Source: Eledone cirrhosa (taxonomy: Eukaryota). From it: a DNA stretch of 64,000 nucleotides. Shown here in pieces: positions 13,703-30,600 of the stretch (positions are counted from its first letter, which is position 1; every line of letters begins with the position of its first letter). The notes beneath the pieces are model-generated. The model did not search any database. It was not told the DNA's origin and saw only the letters and a list, made by a program, of their open reading frames with translations. The DNA is taken from the NCBI GenBank assembly GCA_964016885.1, contig OZ024748.1:19840001-19904000 (forward strand), given 5' to 3'. The translations under genes and the position numbers were made by a program.

Positions 13703-13915
13703 ATATATATATATATGTATATATATATATAGTTAAAGATAAAATAAAGACAAACAGAGAAACACAATTGACACAAATTCTTATTAGTTACATGCATGTC
13801 TCGGAATTTTACAACAAAACTTTTTTCACACAATTCTGTATAACTGGAATATTAGCGGGATATTTTTTGAGAATAAACTTTAATGGATGCTAGTAAAATA
13901 TACATTAAATTATGA

Positions 13916-13977
<62 letters not shown>

Positions 13978-14069
13978 GCGTGTGCGTGTGTGTGTGTATA
14001 CTTATATTTAAAAAAAAAACAATTAAGTATATATAGGTATATATATATATATATATACATACACACACT

Positions 14070-14122
<53 letters not shown>

Positions 14123-14269
14123 CGAGAGAGATAGATAGATATAGATATAGATATATGTATATATATATATACATAGACACACACGCACATATATATATAT
14201 ATATATATATATATTCATATATCTATATATCTATATAAATATATACATATATATGTATATATATACATA

Positions 14270-16378
<2,109 letters not shown>

Positions 16379-16634
16379 ATATATATATATATTCATGTAT
16401 ACATATACATACATACATACATGCACATATATGTGTACATATATGTATATGTGTACATATACATATATGCGTACATATACATATATGTGTACATATACAT
16501 ATATGTGTACATGTACATATATGTGTACATGTACATATATGTGTACATATACTTATGTAATGTAAATCAGGTGATTAAAATGACTGCAAAGTGCATTTTC
16601 AGAAGAAATTTTATCATATATCGGAGGACTAGAC

Positions 16635-18560
16635 ACCCACACAACCAGCCACCCAGCCACCCAGCCACCCAGACAACCAGCCACCCAGACATCCAGACAA
16701 CCAGCCACCCAGACAACCAGACAACCAGCCACCCAGCCACCCATCCACCCAGCCACCCAGACAACCAGACAACCAGCCACGTGGCCACCCAGACAACCGG
16801 ACAACCAGCCACCCAGCCACCCAGCCACCCAGACAACCAGACAACCAGACATCCAGACAACCAGACAACGAGTCACCCTCCCAGCCAGCCATCCCACCAT
16901 TCCCCATCTCACCCTCCCGCCATCCAATCCCCCAATCATCCCGCCATTCAACCCTCCCTCCCTCCATCACTCCCGTCACCCAACCCTCCCGCACGCAAAC
17001 CCTCGAGCCCACCAGCCACCCCAACCCCCAATCAGTCAACCCGCCATCCCACCATTCCGCCATCCAACCCGCCATCCCACCATCCCGCCATCCAACCATG
17101 CCTGCCCCCCTCTAGTCAGTCAACCCGCCATCCCACCATCCCGCCATTCAATCCTCCAGCCCACCATACCTCCCGCCATCCAACCATGCCCCCCTCTAGT
17201 CAGTCAACCCGCCATCCCACCATCCCGCCATCCAAACCTCCAGCCCACCAAACCTCCCGCCATAATCTACGACGTACAACATTAATCTGGGCGTGTTTCG
17301 CCTCACAAACGTTCCAATAGAACGTTGATAGCAGATATTAATCCCCTGCTTACGTTTGGTTAAAACAGTAGACAACACATAGTCCCAAACCACACCACAC
17401 CACCACCGCACCACATACTTCTACACCACCATCACACCATATATCATCACACCACACCACACCACACCACATACCACCACACCACCACCACATACTACCA
17501 CACCACAACACCACCACACTACATACCACCACATACCACTACACCACCACCACACCATATACCACCACACCATATACCACCACACCACACCACACCACCA
17601 CCATACCACATACTACCACACCACACCACACACCACACACCACACACCACACCACATACTACCACACCACATACTTCCAAACCACATACTACCACATCAA
17701 ACCACATACTACCACACGACCACACCACACCACGCCACACCACACCACACCACCACCACACCACATACTACCACACCACACACCACACCACCCCACATAC
17801 TCCCACACCACACACACCACACCACCACACCATGACACCTCCCACCATTCCACCCGACCACCACCACCACGCCACATACTCCCACCACACACACACCACC
17901 ACACCGCCCATACCAACTTATATCATTCCACCCCACTCGATCTCCACTTTACCTCATCGCCATCGCCCCACACACCACCACAGCACTCAACTACCACCAT
18001 TCCAGCCCACTTCCCCTCCACACCACCCTCTCCCTCCACCAGACCATCACCCATCTACGCCCACCCCACCCCAACACCACACCACACCACTACCCCGCTC
18101 CTCCACCAAACCATCACCACCCCACTCGAACACCACACCACTACCCAGCTGCCTCCACCAGACCATCACCCATCTACGCCCACCCCACCCCAACACCACA
18201 CCACACCACTACCCCGCTCCTCCACCAAACCATCACCACCCCACCGCAACACCACACCACTACCCAGCTCCCTCCACCAGACCATCACCCATCTACGCCC
18301 ACCCCACCCCAACACCACACCACACCACTACCCCGCTCCTCCACCAAACCATCACCACCCCACTCGAACACCACACCACTACCCAGCTGCCTCCACCAGA
18401 CCATCACCCATCTACCCCCACCGCACCCCAACACCACACCACACCACTACCCCGCTCCTCCACCAAACCATCACCACCCCACTCGAACACCACACCACTA
18501 CCCAGCTCCCTCCACCAGACCATCACCCATCCACCTCACCTCTACCCCTTTCCCCCACCC
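16635..18560. repeat. C/A-rich minisatellite complex (CCAGCCAC/CAGACAAC, CCCGCCAT, CACCA and a ~110 bp unit)
   Basis: Successive tandem motifs; the ORFs here are low-complexity. Confidence 0.85.
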
Positions 18561-18879
18561 GTCCAACACCCAGTAGAATCTTATATCAATATATACAAAC
18601 ATTATATAAAATAATGGACTAGCTGATGAGTTCTCACTTAATAAAACATTGCAGCAGTTTTGGGGATCGTTTAGTTTCGTCTGGCTTATTTTTTGCTTTG
18701 TTTAGCTTGTTTAGTTTTGTCTGGACTTTATTTTTTTTTTGTTATTGTTTTAATTTTTTCATTCTCACTTTTTATTTTATGGTTTTTAAATAGTTTTCAT
18801 TTTAGTGAATGACAGGAGGGGTGGACAACTTATATGAAATGATTGTTTTTCCTAAATATTTATTAACATTGCTGTGCTG

Positions 18880-19290
18880 TTGGTGTGACAGGGGCGGTAG
18901 AGCGTCAAACAATTGCTTCACAGAATAGGATTATGGTACTTTACATTCTGAGTTCAAATCCCGCTTGCCAGTAGCTTTGCCTTTCAACCTTACAGGGTCG
19001 ATAAAATAAAGTACCAGTAATGAACTGGGGTACGTGCTGGCCTTGTGCTAAAAGTAAAAACATTATTATTATTATTATTGGCAATATCGGTAGAGCATCA
19101 AACAATATGCTTCACAGCATAGGATTATGGCCCTTTACGTTCTGAGTTCAAATCCTGCCGATGTTAGCTTTGCCTTTCACACATACTGGGTCGATAAAAT
19201 CAAGCACCAGTCGCACAATGAAGTCGATTTGATCGACTTTCGCCTCCCACAAAAATATTTGGCCACGTGCCTAAATCAGAAATTATTATT
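18880..19290 (+). mobile_element. Two tandem tRNA-derived Nin/Deu-like SINE copies
   Basis: GAGTTCAAATCC B-box, GCCTTTCA..GGTCGATAAAAT..ACCAG domain, (TTA)n tail. Confidence 0.75.
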
Positions 19291-19447
19291 CAGATTGTTC
19301 GAAAGTAATCCATTGCTCAGAGACGCCATCTTCAATATAGCCACAATAGCTACTTTCCTATTAATATATTTAAAGTTGGTAACACCAAAGTATTAAGAAA
19401 AACAGAGGGAAAGACGTCGATATATTTGAGTGCATGTGTATCTGTGT

Positions 19448-19497
<50 letters not shown>

Positions 19498-19498
<1 letters not shown>

Positions 19499-20309
19499 AA
19501 CGTTAGAATATGTGTAATAAGGCCAAGACAATGCAGATATGGACATAGAAAAAAAAAAGAATGCAATAGTGAAAGATATTGATGAGAATTCGTCTTTCAC
19601 CTTGAATTTATTTAAATGTCCTTAATTTTCGAGATAATATCTCTTCTTCGGAGGGAAGTAAAAGTCTCAGACCAGCGTCTAAATTTCCAATGAAGCCATG
19701 CTGACCGGAAATAGTATAGAGTTCTAACTTTAATATCAAAGAATTAAAATTAGGTGGGTAAAGAGTAGTTTCCCTTTAAGAGGGGTTTGTTTATGTTTTT
19801 GTTGTGTTTTTTTAAATTTTATATGCGTGCCTGTATATGTGTGTGGGAGAAAGCATGAAGGTGTAGGTATGTGGGTGTGTGTGTGTGAGTGTGGGAAGAT
19901 AGGTCTAATCGTAAAAGTGGGGGGTAGGTGTTATCTGGTGTTAGAACTGGTTTTGTGTGTGTATGTGTGAGAGAGAATAAGTGGAGGTGTGCGCGTGCGT
20001 GTGTGTGGGGTGTGTAAAGTGGGGCTAGAGGCCCTATCAGGTTATAAATTGGGTGTTGAGCTCTAGTCTATTATTGATTGGTGGATGTGTTCTATCTATA
20101 ATGAGTGCTTCCTTGATTCTAAGATTGCCGAGGTTTCTTTCCTTAGTTTCTATCCTAACTGTTATGTTTTTATCAGTGTTTTTGCATTTAACTAGGTGTT
20201 TCTTAAATGAGGAAGCGTTAGTATTGAGGTGTTCTTTTATTCTTATGTGGAGTGGTCTGGTGGTGCTACCTACGTAGAAGTTGTTGCATTTGTCTATAAC
20301 CTCCTCCAT
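19498..20309 (-). mobile_element. 5'-truncated Penelope-like element (PLE-3): GIY-YIG C-terminus plus 3' region
   Basis: CNNFYVGSTTRPLHIRIKEH...IKEALII..THPPINNR (20037-20300); HHR-like motif 19619-19655; tail recurs at 26914-27063 (+). Confidence 0.8.
19619..19655 (-). ncRNA. Ultra-minimal hammerhead-like motif, family G
   Basis: CCU-CCGAAGA-A-GAGAU-AUU-AUCUC-GAAA-AU-UA-AGG; U4C change, stem III formable only in a dimer. Confidence 0.5.
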
Positions 20310-20327
20310 ATATATATATATATATAT

Positions 20328-20499
20328 AGAAGTAGTAACACAATTGTTTCACCTTATGCGGATCTTCAGCTCGGGATCCGCATAAGGTGAATCAATTATT
20401 CTCGGTATGGTGAAGTAACGGTTGTGTTACTACTTCTACCAAACTCGTCCCATGGACTGAGTGCTCTACCACTACGGATATGACCTTCCAGTGTTCTAC

Positions 20500-20500
<1 letters not shown>
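20328..20500. repeat. Family L fold-back element with a hammerhead split between arms
   Basis: Minus arm CCGAG-CUGAAGA-UCC-GCAUAA-GGU-GAAA-CAAUUG; plus arm supplies ...UU-CUCGG. Confidence 0.6.
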
Positions 20501-20535
<35 letters not shown>

Positions 20536-20564
20536 ATATATATATATATATATATATAGTAATA

Positions 20565-20750
20565 AGTGTTTCTACTTTTGGCACAAGGCCAGCAATTACC
20601 CAGTACATTACTGGTACTTTATTTTATCGACCCCGTAAGGATGAAAGGCAAAGTTAACCTCAGCGGGATTTGAACTCAGATCGTAAAGGGACGTAACTAC
20701 GCTGGAAAGCAAGTCTGACCCTCTACCAATACTGCCAATTCCCCGCCCTT
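20565..20750 (-). mobile_element. tRNA-derived Nin/Deu-like SINE
   Basis: Near-complete copy of the family seen at 50260-50455. Confidence 0.8.
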
Positions 20751-20861
20751 ATAGTAATTATATTTTCGAATCAGCGAGCGAGTTTGAAATTATTATAAAT
20801 GTAAGCTATCGCCGTATTTTGACTAAAGAAATTAAAGAAATTATTTAGCCTTATAGTGGGG

Positions 20862-20923
<62 letters not shown>

Positions 20924-21389
20924 TTAATATAAATCAATATATTTGATAAACACAAATATCCTCATATTTATGTTTGTATTGTAAATGACCAAGTTAGCTA
21001 GATAGAAATATACTAATAATAATATTACAGTTTGCCTATCATGACTTAAGATAATACATCATAAATCAACAAAAACAAATTGTATTGGCAATGGCCGTAG
21101 TGCTTGGACAAATTTAAATTTCAAAATCAAACCTGTTCCGTAGACAGGTTTAAACCTTAAAATCCAAATATGTTTCGAATAATGAAAACGTGGAAGAAAA
21201 TACCGCATTTTGATCTCCTCAGCAAGCACTATAAAAATTGGTATGTTCCACTTCAAAATATTTAGGAAGACTGTTTAGCGCACGAGGTAACCTCATGCGG
21301 TTACCCAGTGTCTAGAAATAACAGCCGTTTGTATGGGGCTAAATTCAGCTCAACGAAGGAGCAGTGATTTTATTTATATATATATATAT

Positions 21390-22132
21390 GGAAAGTTATA
21401 TTTAAATTGTTGGGTTACAACTAGTAAATATTTATAACTGATATAAAAGCACTCAACAAGTATTTGGAGTATATTTACGATATTAAATAAATGGAAACTA
21501 TATTTATAAAACCATATTTATTTCATTATATATATTTCAGGGATATCATATTAACAATATGTTATGCCTTCTTCAGACAAAATACAATATAGACAGTTTT
21601 ATAAATAAATAGATTTGACATACCGTTCAACATCGACTTGTATTTGAAAAGTTGATTTGGCAGTGAAAAATTGTAAACAGAAAGAAAGAAAGAAAGAAAG
21701 AAAGAAGGAAAGAAAGAAAGAAAACGAAGAAAAAGAAGAAATGCATGCAACTAAATAGAGAGATGGAAAGATAGATAAAGAGAAGAACTTCATGTAAAGA
21801 AACAGTTTCTCTGTTTCTTTACATGAAGTTCTTCTCTTTATCTATCTTTCCATCTCTCTATTTAGTTGCATGCATTTCTTCTTTTTCTTCGTTTTCTTTC
21901 TTTCTTTCCTTCTTTCTTTCTTTCTTTCTGTTTACAATTTTTCACTGCCAAATCAACTTTTGAAATACAAGTCGATGTTGAACGGTATGTCAAATCTATT
22001 TATTTATAAAACTGTCTATATTGTATTTTGTCTGAAGAAGGCATAACATATTGTTAATATGATATCCCTGAAATATATATAATGAAATAAATATGGTTTT
22101 ATAAATATAGTTTCCATTTATTTAATATCGTA
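21390..22132. repeat. Family A fold-back (arms ~330 bp) with HHRs at 21519-21584 (-) and 22024-22089 (+)
   Basis: Centre GAAACAG-TTTCT-CTGTTTC ~21805; CUGAAGA core in both arms; left arm ~85 bp longer. Confidence 0.9.
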
Positions 22133-22294
22133 TATATATATATATATATATATAATACCTTTTTTCTGTAATACATCTGATAATTTACATTGAGCTTTTT
22201 TTTTACTGGTAATTGGGTGGTACAACATATTTATAATTATATATATAACTCATATATAAGTTTAAATATTATTATTAGTATATATATATATGTG

Positions 22295-22360
<66 letters not shown>

Positions 22361-22494
22361 ATTATATATATGTATATACATATATGTATATGTATGTATA
22401 TATATATGTATATACATATATGTATACACATATATATATACATACATATATATATATGTATACACATATATAAAATTACATATATATATATAGA

Positions 22495-22557
<63 letters not shown>

Positions 22558-22656
22558 TATATTATATCGTATATTTACTCCAAATACTTGTCGAGTGCTT
22601 TATATCAGTTATAAAAATATTTGCTTGTTGTATCCCAACAATTTAAATAGAACTTT

Positions 22657-22736
<80 letters not shown>

Positions 22737-23034
22737 AGAGAGAGAGAGGGAGGAGAAAGAAAGAAAAATGAAGAGTAGAATCCCTTCCGGTCCTCCATTA
22801 ATATAATGACCACGTGATGTCATCCATTGTAACAAGCCCCAGTTGTCTTCCATAAACATGAAGGAGGACGTGTTGTATGGGCAAAGTAAAATGGTGGAAG
22901 GGAAAATGTCTTTAGTAAAGAAACTACCCAAGTTCAGACAGCCAATAACATGTCATAGACATTTAACAGATGAATAAGTCGTAGAGACGCCATCGCGAAA
23001 CTCTTGTGTAAATGTATAGTAGTAGGTATATATA

Positions 23035-23171
<137 letters not shown>

Positions 23172-23313
23172 TATTTATATAGTATATATATAATATATAT
23201 ATATATATATGTGTGTGTGATAAAATAAATGCAAAGACAAAATATACTAAAATATATAAATATATATATACACAATAATTAATAAATGGAAACTATATTT
23301 ATAAAACCATAAT

Positions 23314-23378
23314 TATTTTATTATATATATTTCAAGGGCAACCAAGGCAGCCTTGGTGCGCTTTCATCAGATAAAATA
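23314..23378 (-). ncRNA. Type I minimal hammerhead, family A variant
   Basis: UAUUUUAU-CUGAUGA-AAG..ACCAAGG-CUG-CCUUGGU..CUU-GAAA-UAUAUA-UA-AUAAAAUA. Confidence 0.8.
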
Positions 23379-23633
23379 CAAAATTGGTTTCATAAATAGT
23401 GACATAACCGTGGGAAAACAACCTTGACGGTTGAAAATTTAAGTAATATAATATAATAGTAATAAATGAAAGATATATACTTTATATCATCTCTATTTAT
23501 TTCATTATATATTTCGAAGATGTAAAGTTTTATGTATAACGTAAAGCAAAACATGTCCTTCTCAGAGAAAATGCATGTATAATGTTTTGCATGATATGCT
23601 GGTAGACAAACGAAATAGACAGATCGGTGACTA

Positions 23634-23700
<67 letters not shown>

Positions 23701-23724
23701 AAATAAAATAAAATAAAATAAAAT

Positions 23725-24250
23725 AAAATAAAATAAATAAGTCAAATGTTTAAAATTTGGCTTCGTTTATTACTGATATATATATTTCGGTGACAGCCAT
23801 CTTTGGCTGTGACCTCTTCAGGCATTCCGAATTAGTGTGGTAGAGACGAGTACACATGTTGTTGAGGTGTTTAACTTTGTCAATACTCTGATATGCCCAG
23901 TTCCTGGTTGGGTTGTTGTTTCTCTGAGATATGATTCCAGTTCCTCAGTGAAACAACAACCCAACCAGGAACTGGGCATATCAGAGTATTGACAAAGTTA
24001 AACACCTCAACAACATGTGTACTCGTCTCTACCACACTAATTCGGACTGCCTGAAGAGGTCACAGCCAAAGATGGCTGTCACCGAAATATATATAGCAGT
24101 AATAAACGAAGCCAAATTTTAAACATTTGACTTATTTATTTTATTTTATTTTACATTACTCGGGAGTAACCAAACCAACCTGCGCACTTCGTCGAGTGCT
24201 CCAATCTGCATACTGAGGTGTTGGTATACAACCAACACATACTAAAAATA
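23725..24250. repeat. Family D fold-back (copy 1), HHRs at 23772-23826 (-, mutated stem I) and 24046-24100 (+)
   Basis: ~200 bp arms, right arm ~95 bp longer. Confidence 0.9.
24046..24100 (+). ncRNA. Type I minimal hammerhead, family D
   Basis: ACUGC-CUGAAGA-GGU.ACAGCCA-AAGA-UGGCUGU.ACC-GAAA-UAUAUA-UA-GCAGU. Confidence 0.85.
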
Positions 24251-24261
24251 TATATATATAA

Positions 24262-24322
<61 letters not shown>

Positions 24323-24562
24323 ATTCTCCCAATTTTACATAATTTTCCTCCACAAATTTCTTTGCCATTTTAAACCTGGTGAAACCCATCCCGTGTCAAG
24401 GATTGAACTCAGCCGATCTTTTCCAGAAGAAGAAAAGAGAAAATGTACATGTGTGTCAGAGAGGGAGAGAGTGAGAGAAAGAGAAAGATAGAGCGAGATA
24501 GGAAATAAGGAGGAGATAGAGATAGAGAGAGAGAGAGGAGTTAGGGAAATAAGGCGATAGAG

Positions 24563-24618
<56 letters not shown>

Positions 24619-24689
24619 AGAGAGAGTGGAAGAGAGGAGGATAGAGAAATGGAGAAGATAGATCGATAGATAGTGGGGGGATGGATCTA

Positions 24690-24845
24690 TCCCAGGATTA
24701 GACTGGTTTTTTATTTATTGACCCAGGAAGAAAGAAAAGAAAAGTTGTCCAAGACGTGATTTGAACTCAGTGCTTAGTGAGCTGGAAGGAATATCACAGG
24801 GAATTCTATTCAACGTTTTAACCACTTGTCCAATTCACCGCCTTA
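24690..24845 (-). mobile_element. Degenerate SINE copy
   Basis: GATTTGAACTCAG, CCAATTCACCGCC. Confidence 0.55.
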
Positions 24846-25082
24846 AAGTAAGTCATTGTCGTGTTAAAAGCCAAGCTATGTTGGAGACATTAACACAAAA
24901 CGCTAGTGAATCTTTCTGACTATTGTAGGTAGTTTCTAACACCAACATCACTAGTACAACTGAAACACTAAAGATACCATTACTACTACTTCCCACACAC
25001 AAAGCACTACCAACGACGCTACAACACCAGCACCATCTAACTATCTAATCTCTATCTATATATATATATGTGTGTGTGTGTG

Positions 25083-25119
<37 letters not shown>

Positions 25120-25172
25120 CCACACACACACACACACACTCATAAAAACCACAGACCCTCCATCTCAACTCA

Positions 25173-25210
25173 CCTTTTGAAAAGCAGAAGAACTGCGAAA
25201 CCGGTAAAGG
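25173..25210 (+). ncRNA. Minimal hammerhead with compensated U3-A8 core
   Basis: CCUU-UUGAAAA-GCAG-AAGAA-CUGC-GAAA-CCGG-UA-AAGG. Confidence 0.7.
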
Positions 25211-25356
25211 AACCAAATAAATATATATATTTAAAAAAAAAATAAGACTCCAGTTGCATTTTCGATTTCATCTCTTTTTCTTTATATATATATATATATA
25301 TATATATGTATACACTCTCTCTTTAACACACACATACACACAGACATATATATATA

Positions 25357-25404
<48 letters not shown>

Positions 25405-25411
<7 letters not shown>

Positions 25412-25616
25412 CGTAAAATAAGAAAATTTTAAAAATTAAAAATGAACTTACTAAAATGTTAGTAAGTTAATTTTTAATTTTTTAAATTTTCTTATTTTAC
25501 GTCTTTTATATAATTGTTCTGCTTCCCCCTGCATAGAACCACCTAGGTACTATGACATAACTTATGTATTTGCTAGCATTAGTGTACATCTGTACGCATA
25601 TGTTGGTAGATATACT

Positions 25617-25622
<6 letters not shown>
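25405..25622. repeat. Family M short fold-back (tail only)
   Basis: Arms 25405-25455 / 25459-25510 plus ~110 bp extension homologous to 35881-36000. Confidence 0.8.
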
Positions 25623-25698
<76 letters not shown>

Positions 25699-26004
25699 TA
25701 TAGAGTAAAGCATGTCCAGAGAATTATTTGATAATATATATACATCACATCTACTCCCAATCAGCATAATTAAATTAACCACACAAAAAATCAATTAGAC
25801 CAGGCTATAAGAATAAAAGGCATCTATGAAGAAACAGTAAATAAATACGCTACAGCGGCGTCTTCGCGTCCAACCGCTATAGAATATTTACCCAACATTT
25901 CAACAGCACGTGGAAATTAATTAAATATACGGTCAACCATACATAATTAGGTAAAATTAAAATTAGAAATGCTTATATACATACCATATATATATATATA
26001 TATA

Positions 26005-26303
26005 TGCAAAAGTTCTATTTAAAATTGTTGGGATACAACAAGTAAATATTTTTATAACTGATATAAAGCACTCGACAAGTATTTGGAGTAGATATACGAT
26101 ATTAATAAATGGAAACTATATTTATAAAAGCATATTTATTTCATTATACATATTTCAGGGATACCAAATTAAATTATAATTAAATTAAATTATATATAGT
26201 ATTTTGTCTGATGAAGGCATACCATAATTTAATTTGGTATCCCTAAAATATGTATAATGAAATAGATATGGTTTTATAAATATAGTTTCCATTTATTAAT
26301 ATC

Positions 26304-26306
<3 letters not shown>
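26005..26306. repeat. Family A fold-back; HHR 26200-26264 (+) with GAAA>AAAA mutation
   Basis: Left arm ends in the stem II loop, right arm starts at stem I. Confidence 0.85.
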
Positions 26307-26393
<87 letters not shown>

Positions 26394-26609
26394 ATACTTG
26401 GGGAGGGTCATATTTGTGTAATTTTGCCAGAATTAATAACAGAACACACTCACTGTTTGGTTGGTTTTCGCTTCTCGCTTCTGTGTCTTTTATATCGGTA
26501 ATCTAACTTACTCGGTCCTCAATGTTGCCATTGACTGACCCAAGTATAACAATATTTGTTTCGACACACGATTTCATATAAAAAACCTCGCAAAACTAAT
26601 TCATCGCCG

Positions 26610-26690
<81 letters not shown>

Positions 26691-26706
26691 TACAGAAGCA
26701 TTTATA

Positions 26707-26793
26707 CAGGCTGTCCCAAAAAGTTATACACACTTCAACAGCATTCTCATATATATTGCCTGTACAGGTAATCAAATGTTTGGGAACACCCTG
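26707..26793. mobile_element. Tc1/mariner-type MITE
   Basis: TA|CAGGCTGTCCCAAA...TTTGGGAACACCCTG|TA imperfect TIRs with TA target duplication. Confidence 0.65.
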
Positions 26794-26854
26794 TATATAT
26801 ATATATATATTTCCCTCTGTCTATCTCTTTCTCAAGTTATCTCCCCCCACCCCC

Positions 26855-26915
<61 letters not shown>

Positions 26916-27402
26916 GAAGAAGAGATATTATCTCGAAAATTAAGGACATTTAAATAAATCTAAGGTAAAAGACTAATTGTCAACAATAACTTTTGCATTT
27001 GCATTCTTTATTTTATGTCCATACCTGCATTGTTTTGGCTTTATTATACATATACAAACGTTTATATATATATATATATATATATATACTTATGAATGTT
27101 ATAATAATTTATAGTCTGTGCTTACCATGGTCTTTAACTACCAGTATCCAACCTCACCGATTAAACCATGGATTTTCTGTCTTGCAGGCTTTGATCTCAA
27201 CAACACCACCAGTTTCAACATACCATGTTAAAACACATCTGGATTTATCTACTGTCAATCATTCTCTTATATAATCCATCTCCCCATAACTAACTACCTA
27301 ATTACCTCTTTCTCCCTCTCACTCCTCCCTCACTCTTCCTCTCTGTCTTCCTCTCTCTCACTAAGTCTCTCTCTTCACACACACACACACGCGCACATAT
27401 AT

Positions 27403-27435
<33 letters not shown>

Positions 27436-27437
<2 letters not shown>

Positions 27438-27554
27438 CGAAGGAAGTGTGGTAAGGAACCAGATGGACCATAATGCACCAGAGTACTGGATACTTTTGGT
27501 AGACGAGTGGGTAATAGGAATAGAGTCAGAACCCCCACGGCAGAGCGCAAGCCG

Positions 27555-27558
<4 letters not shown>
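27436..27558 (-). repeat. Diverged family B tail
   Basis: Similar to 4129-4250, truncated at the GAAA position. Confidence 0.7.
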
Positions 27559-27602
<44 letters not shown>

Positions 27603-27694
27603 CATGTATTTATCCATATCCTTCTATCAACAGATCGATCAATATATATTTGTTATCCTCCCAATGTTACACAATTACCTCTACATTACTTAAC

Positions 27695-30600
27695 ACATTA
27701 TATTACACTACATTACCTCACACTACACTACACTACACCACACCACACACTACACTATATTACATTACACCGCACTATACTACACCACACTACACTGCAC
27801 CACACTACACCACACTACACTACACTACACTAAACTACACTACACCACACTAAACTACACCTCACTACACTACACCACACACTACACTATGGTACATTAC
27901 ACTACACCACACTACACTGCACCACACTACACTACACCACACTACACTACACCACACTAAACTACACCTCACTACACTACACCACACACTACACTATATT
28001 ACATTACACTACACAACACTACACTGCACCACACTACACTACACTACACCACACTACACTACACGACACTACACTACACTACACCACACTAAACTACACC
28101 ACACTACACCACACTACACTGCACTACACTACACTACACTACACTACACTACACCACACTAAACTACACCTCACTACACTACACCACACACTACACAACA
28201 CTACACTGCACCACACTACACTACACCACACTACACTACACCACACTACACTACACTACACTACACTACACCACCCTAAACTACACCCCACTACACTACA
28301 CCACACTACACTGCACTACACTACACTACACTACACTACACTACACTACACTACACCACACTAAATAACACCTCACTACACTACACCACACACTACACTA
28401 TATTACATTACACTACACAACACTACACTGCACCACACTACACTACACTACACTACACTACACCACACTACACTACACCACACTAAACTACACCACACTA
28501 CACCACACTACACTGCACTACACTACACTACACTACACTACACTACACTACACTACACTACACTACACTACACCACACTATACTACACCTCACTACACTA
28601 CACCACACACTACACTATATTACATTACACTACACAACACTACACTGCACCACACTACACTACACCACACTACACTACACTACACCACACTACACTACAC
28701 CACACTAAACTACACCTCACTACACTACACCACACTACACTGCACTACACTACACTACACTACACTAACCCACACTACACTACACCACACTACACTACAC
28801 CACGTCACACTACATTGCACCACACTACACTACACCACACCACACTACATTACCTCACACTACACTACACTACACCACACACTACACTATATTACATTAC
28901 ACAGCACTACACTACACCACACTACACTACACCACACCACACTACATTACCTCACACTACACTACACCACACACTACACTATATTACATTACACCGCACT
29001 ACACTACACCACACTACACTGCACCACATTACACTACACTACACTACACTACACTACACCACACTAAACTACACTTCACTACACCACACACTACACTATA
29101 TTACATTACACTACACAACACTACACTGCACCACACTACACTACACTACACCACACTACACTACACTACACCACACTACACTACACTACACTACACCACA
29201 CTAAACTACACCACACTACACCACACTACACCACACTACACTGCACTACACTACACTACACTACACTACACTACACTACACTACACTACACCACACTAAA
29301 CTACACCTCACTACACTACACCACACACTACACTATATTACATTACACTACACAACACTACACTGCACCACACTACACTACACCACACTACACTACACTA
29401 CACCACACTACACTACACTACACCACACTAAACTACACCTCACTACACTACACCACACTACACTGCACTACACTACACTACACTAACCCACACTACACTA
29501 CACCACACTACACTACACCACGTCAGACTACATTACACCACACTACACTACACCACAACACACTATATTACCTCACACTACACTACACTACACCACACAC
29601 TACACTATATTACATTACACCGCACAACACTACACCACACTACACTACACCACACCACACTACATTACCTCACACTACACTACACTACACCACACACTAC
29701 ACTATATTACATTACACCGCACTACACTACACCACACTACACTGCACCACACTACACTACACCACACTACACTACACCACACTAAACTTCACCTCACTAC
29801 ACTACCCCACACTACACCAGACTACACCACACTACACTACACCACGTCACACTACACTACACCACACTACACTACACCACACCACACTACATTACCTCAC
29901 ACTACACTACACTACACACTACACTATATTACATTACACCGCACTACACTACACCACACTACACTGCACCACACTACACTACACCACATTACACTACACT
30001 ACACCACACTAAACTAAACCTCACTACACTACACCACACTACACTACACTACACCACACTACACTACACTACACCACACTACACTGCACTACACTACACC
30101 ACACTACACTACACCACACTACACTACACTACACCACACTACACTACACCACACTACACAACACTACACTACACTACACTACACTACACTACACTACACT
30201 ACACTACACTACACTACACTACACTACACTACACCACACTAAACTACACCTCACTACACTACACCACACTACACTGCACTATACTACACTACACTACACT
30301 ACACCACACTACACTACACTACACCACACTACACCACACTACACTACACTACACCACATTACACTACACTACACCACATTACACTACACTACACAACACT
30401 ATACTGCACCACACTACACTACACCACACTACACTACACTACACCACACTACACTACACTACACTACACTACACCACACTACACTACACTACACCACACT
30501 ACACTACACTACACTACACTACACTACACTACACTACACTACACTACACTACACTACACTACACTACACTACACTACACTACACTACACTACACCACACT

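Noticed and set aside
13770-13850. Minus-strand GAGA-CATGCATG-TA resembling an HHR 3' half
   Set aside because: GAAA mutated and no recognisable core; possibly a decayed copy
16421-18614. Pro/His/Thr-rich mucin- or extensin-like ORFs
   Set aside because: Built from tandem minisatellites with unit lengths often not multiples of three
21059-21256. 65 aa minus-strand ORF or exon
   Set aside because: No recognisable domain; splice signals weak
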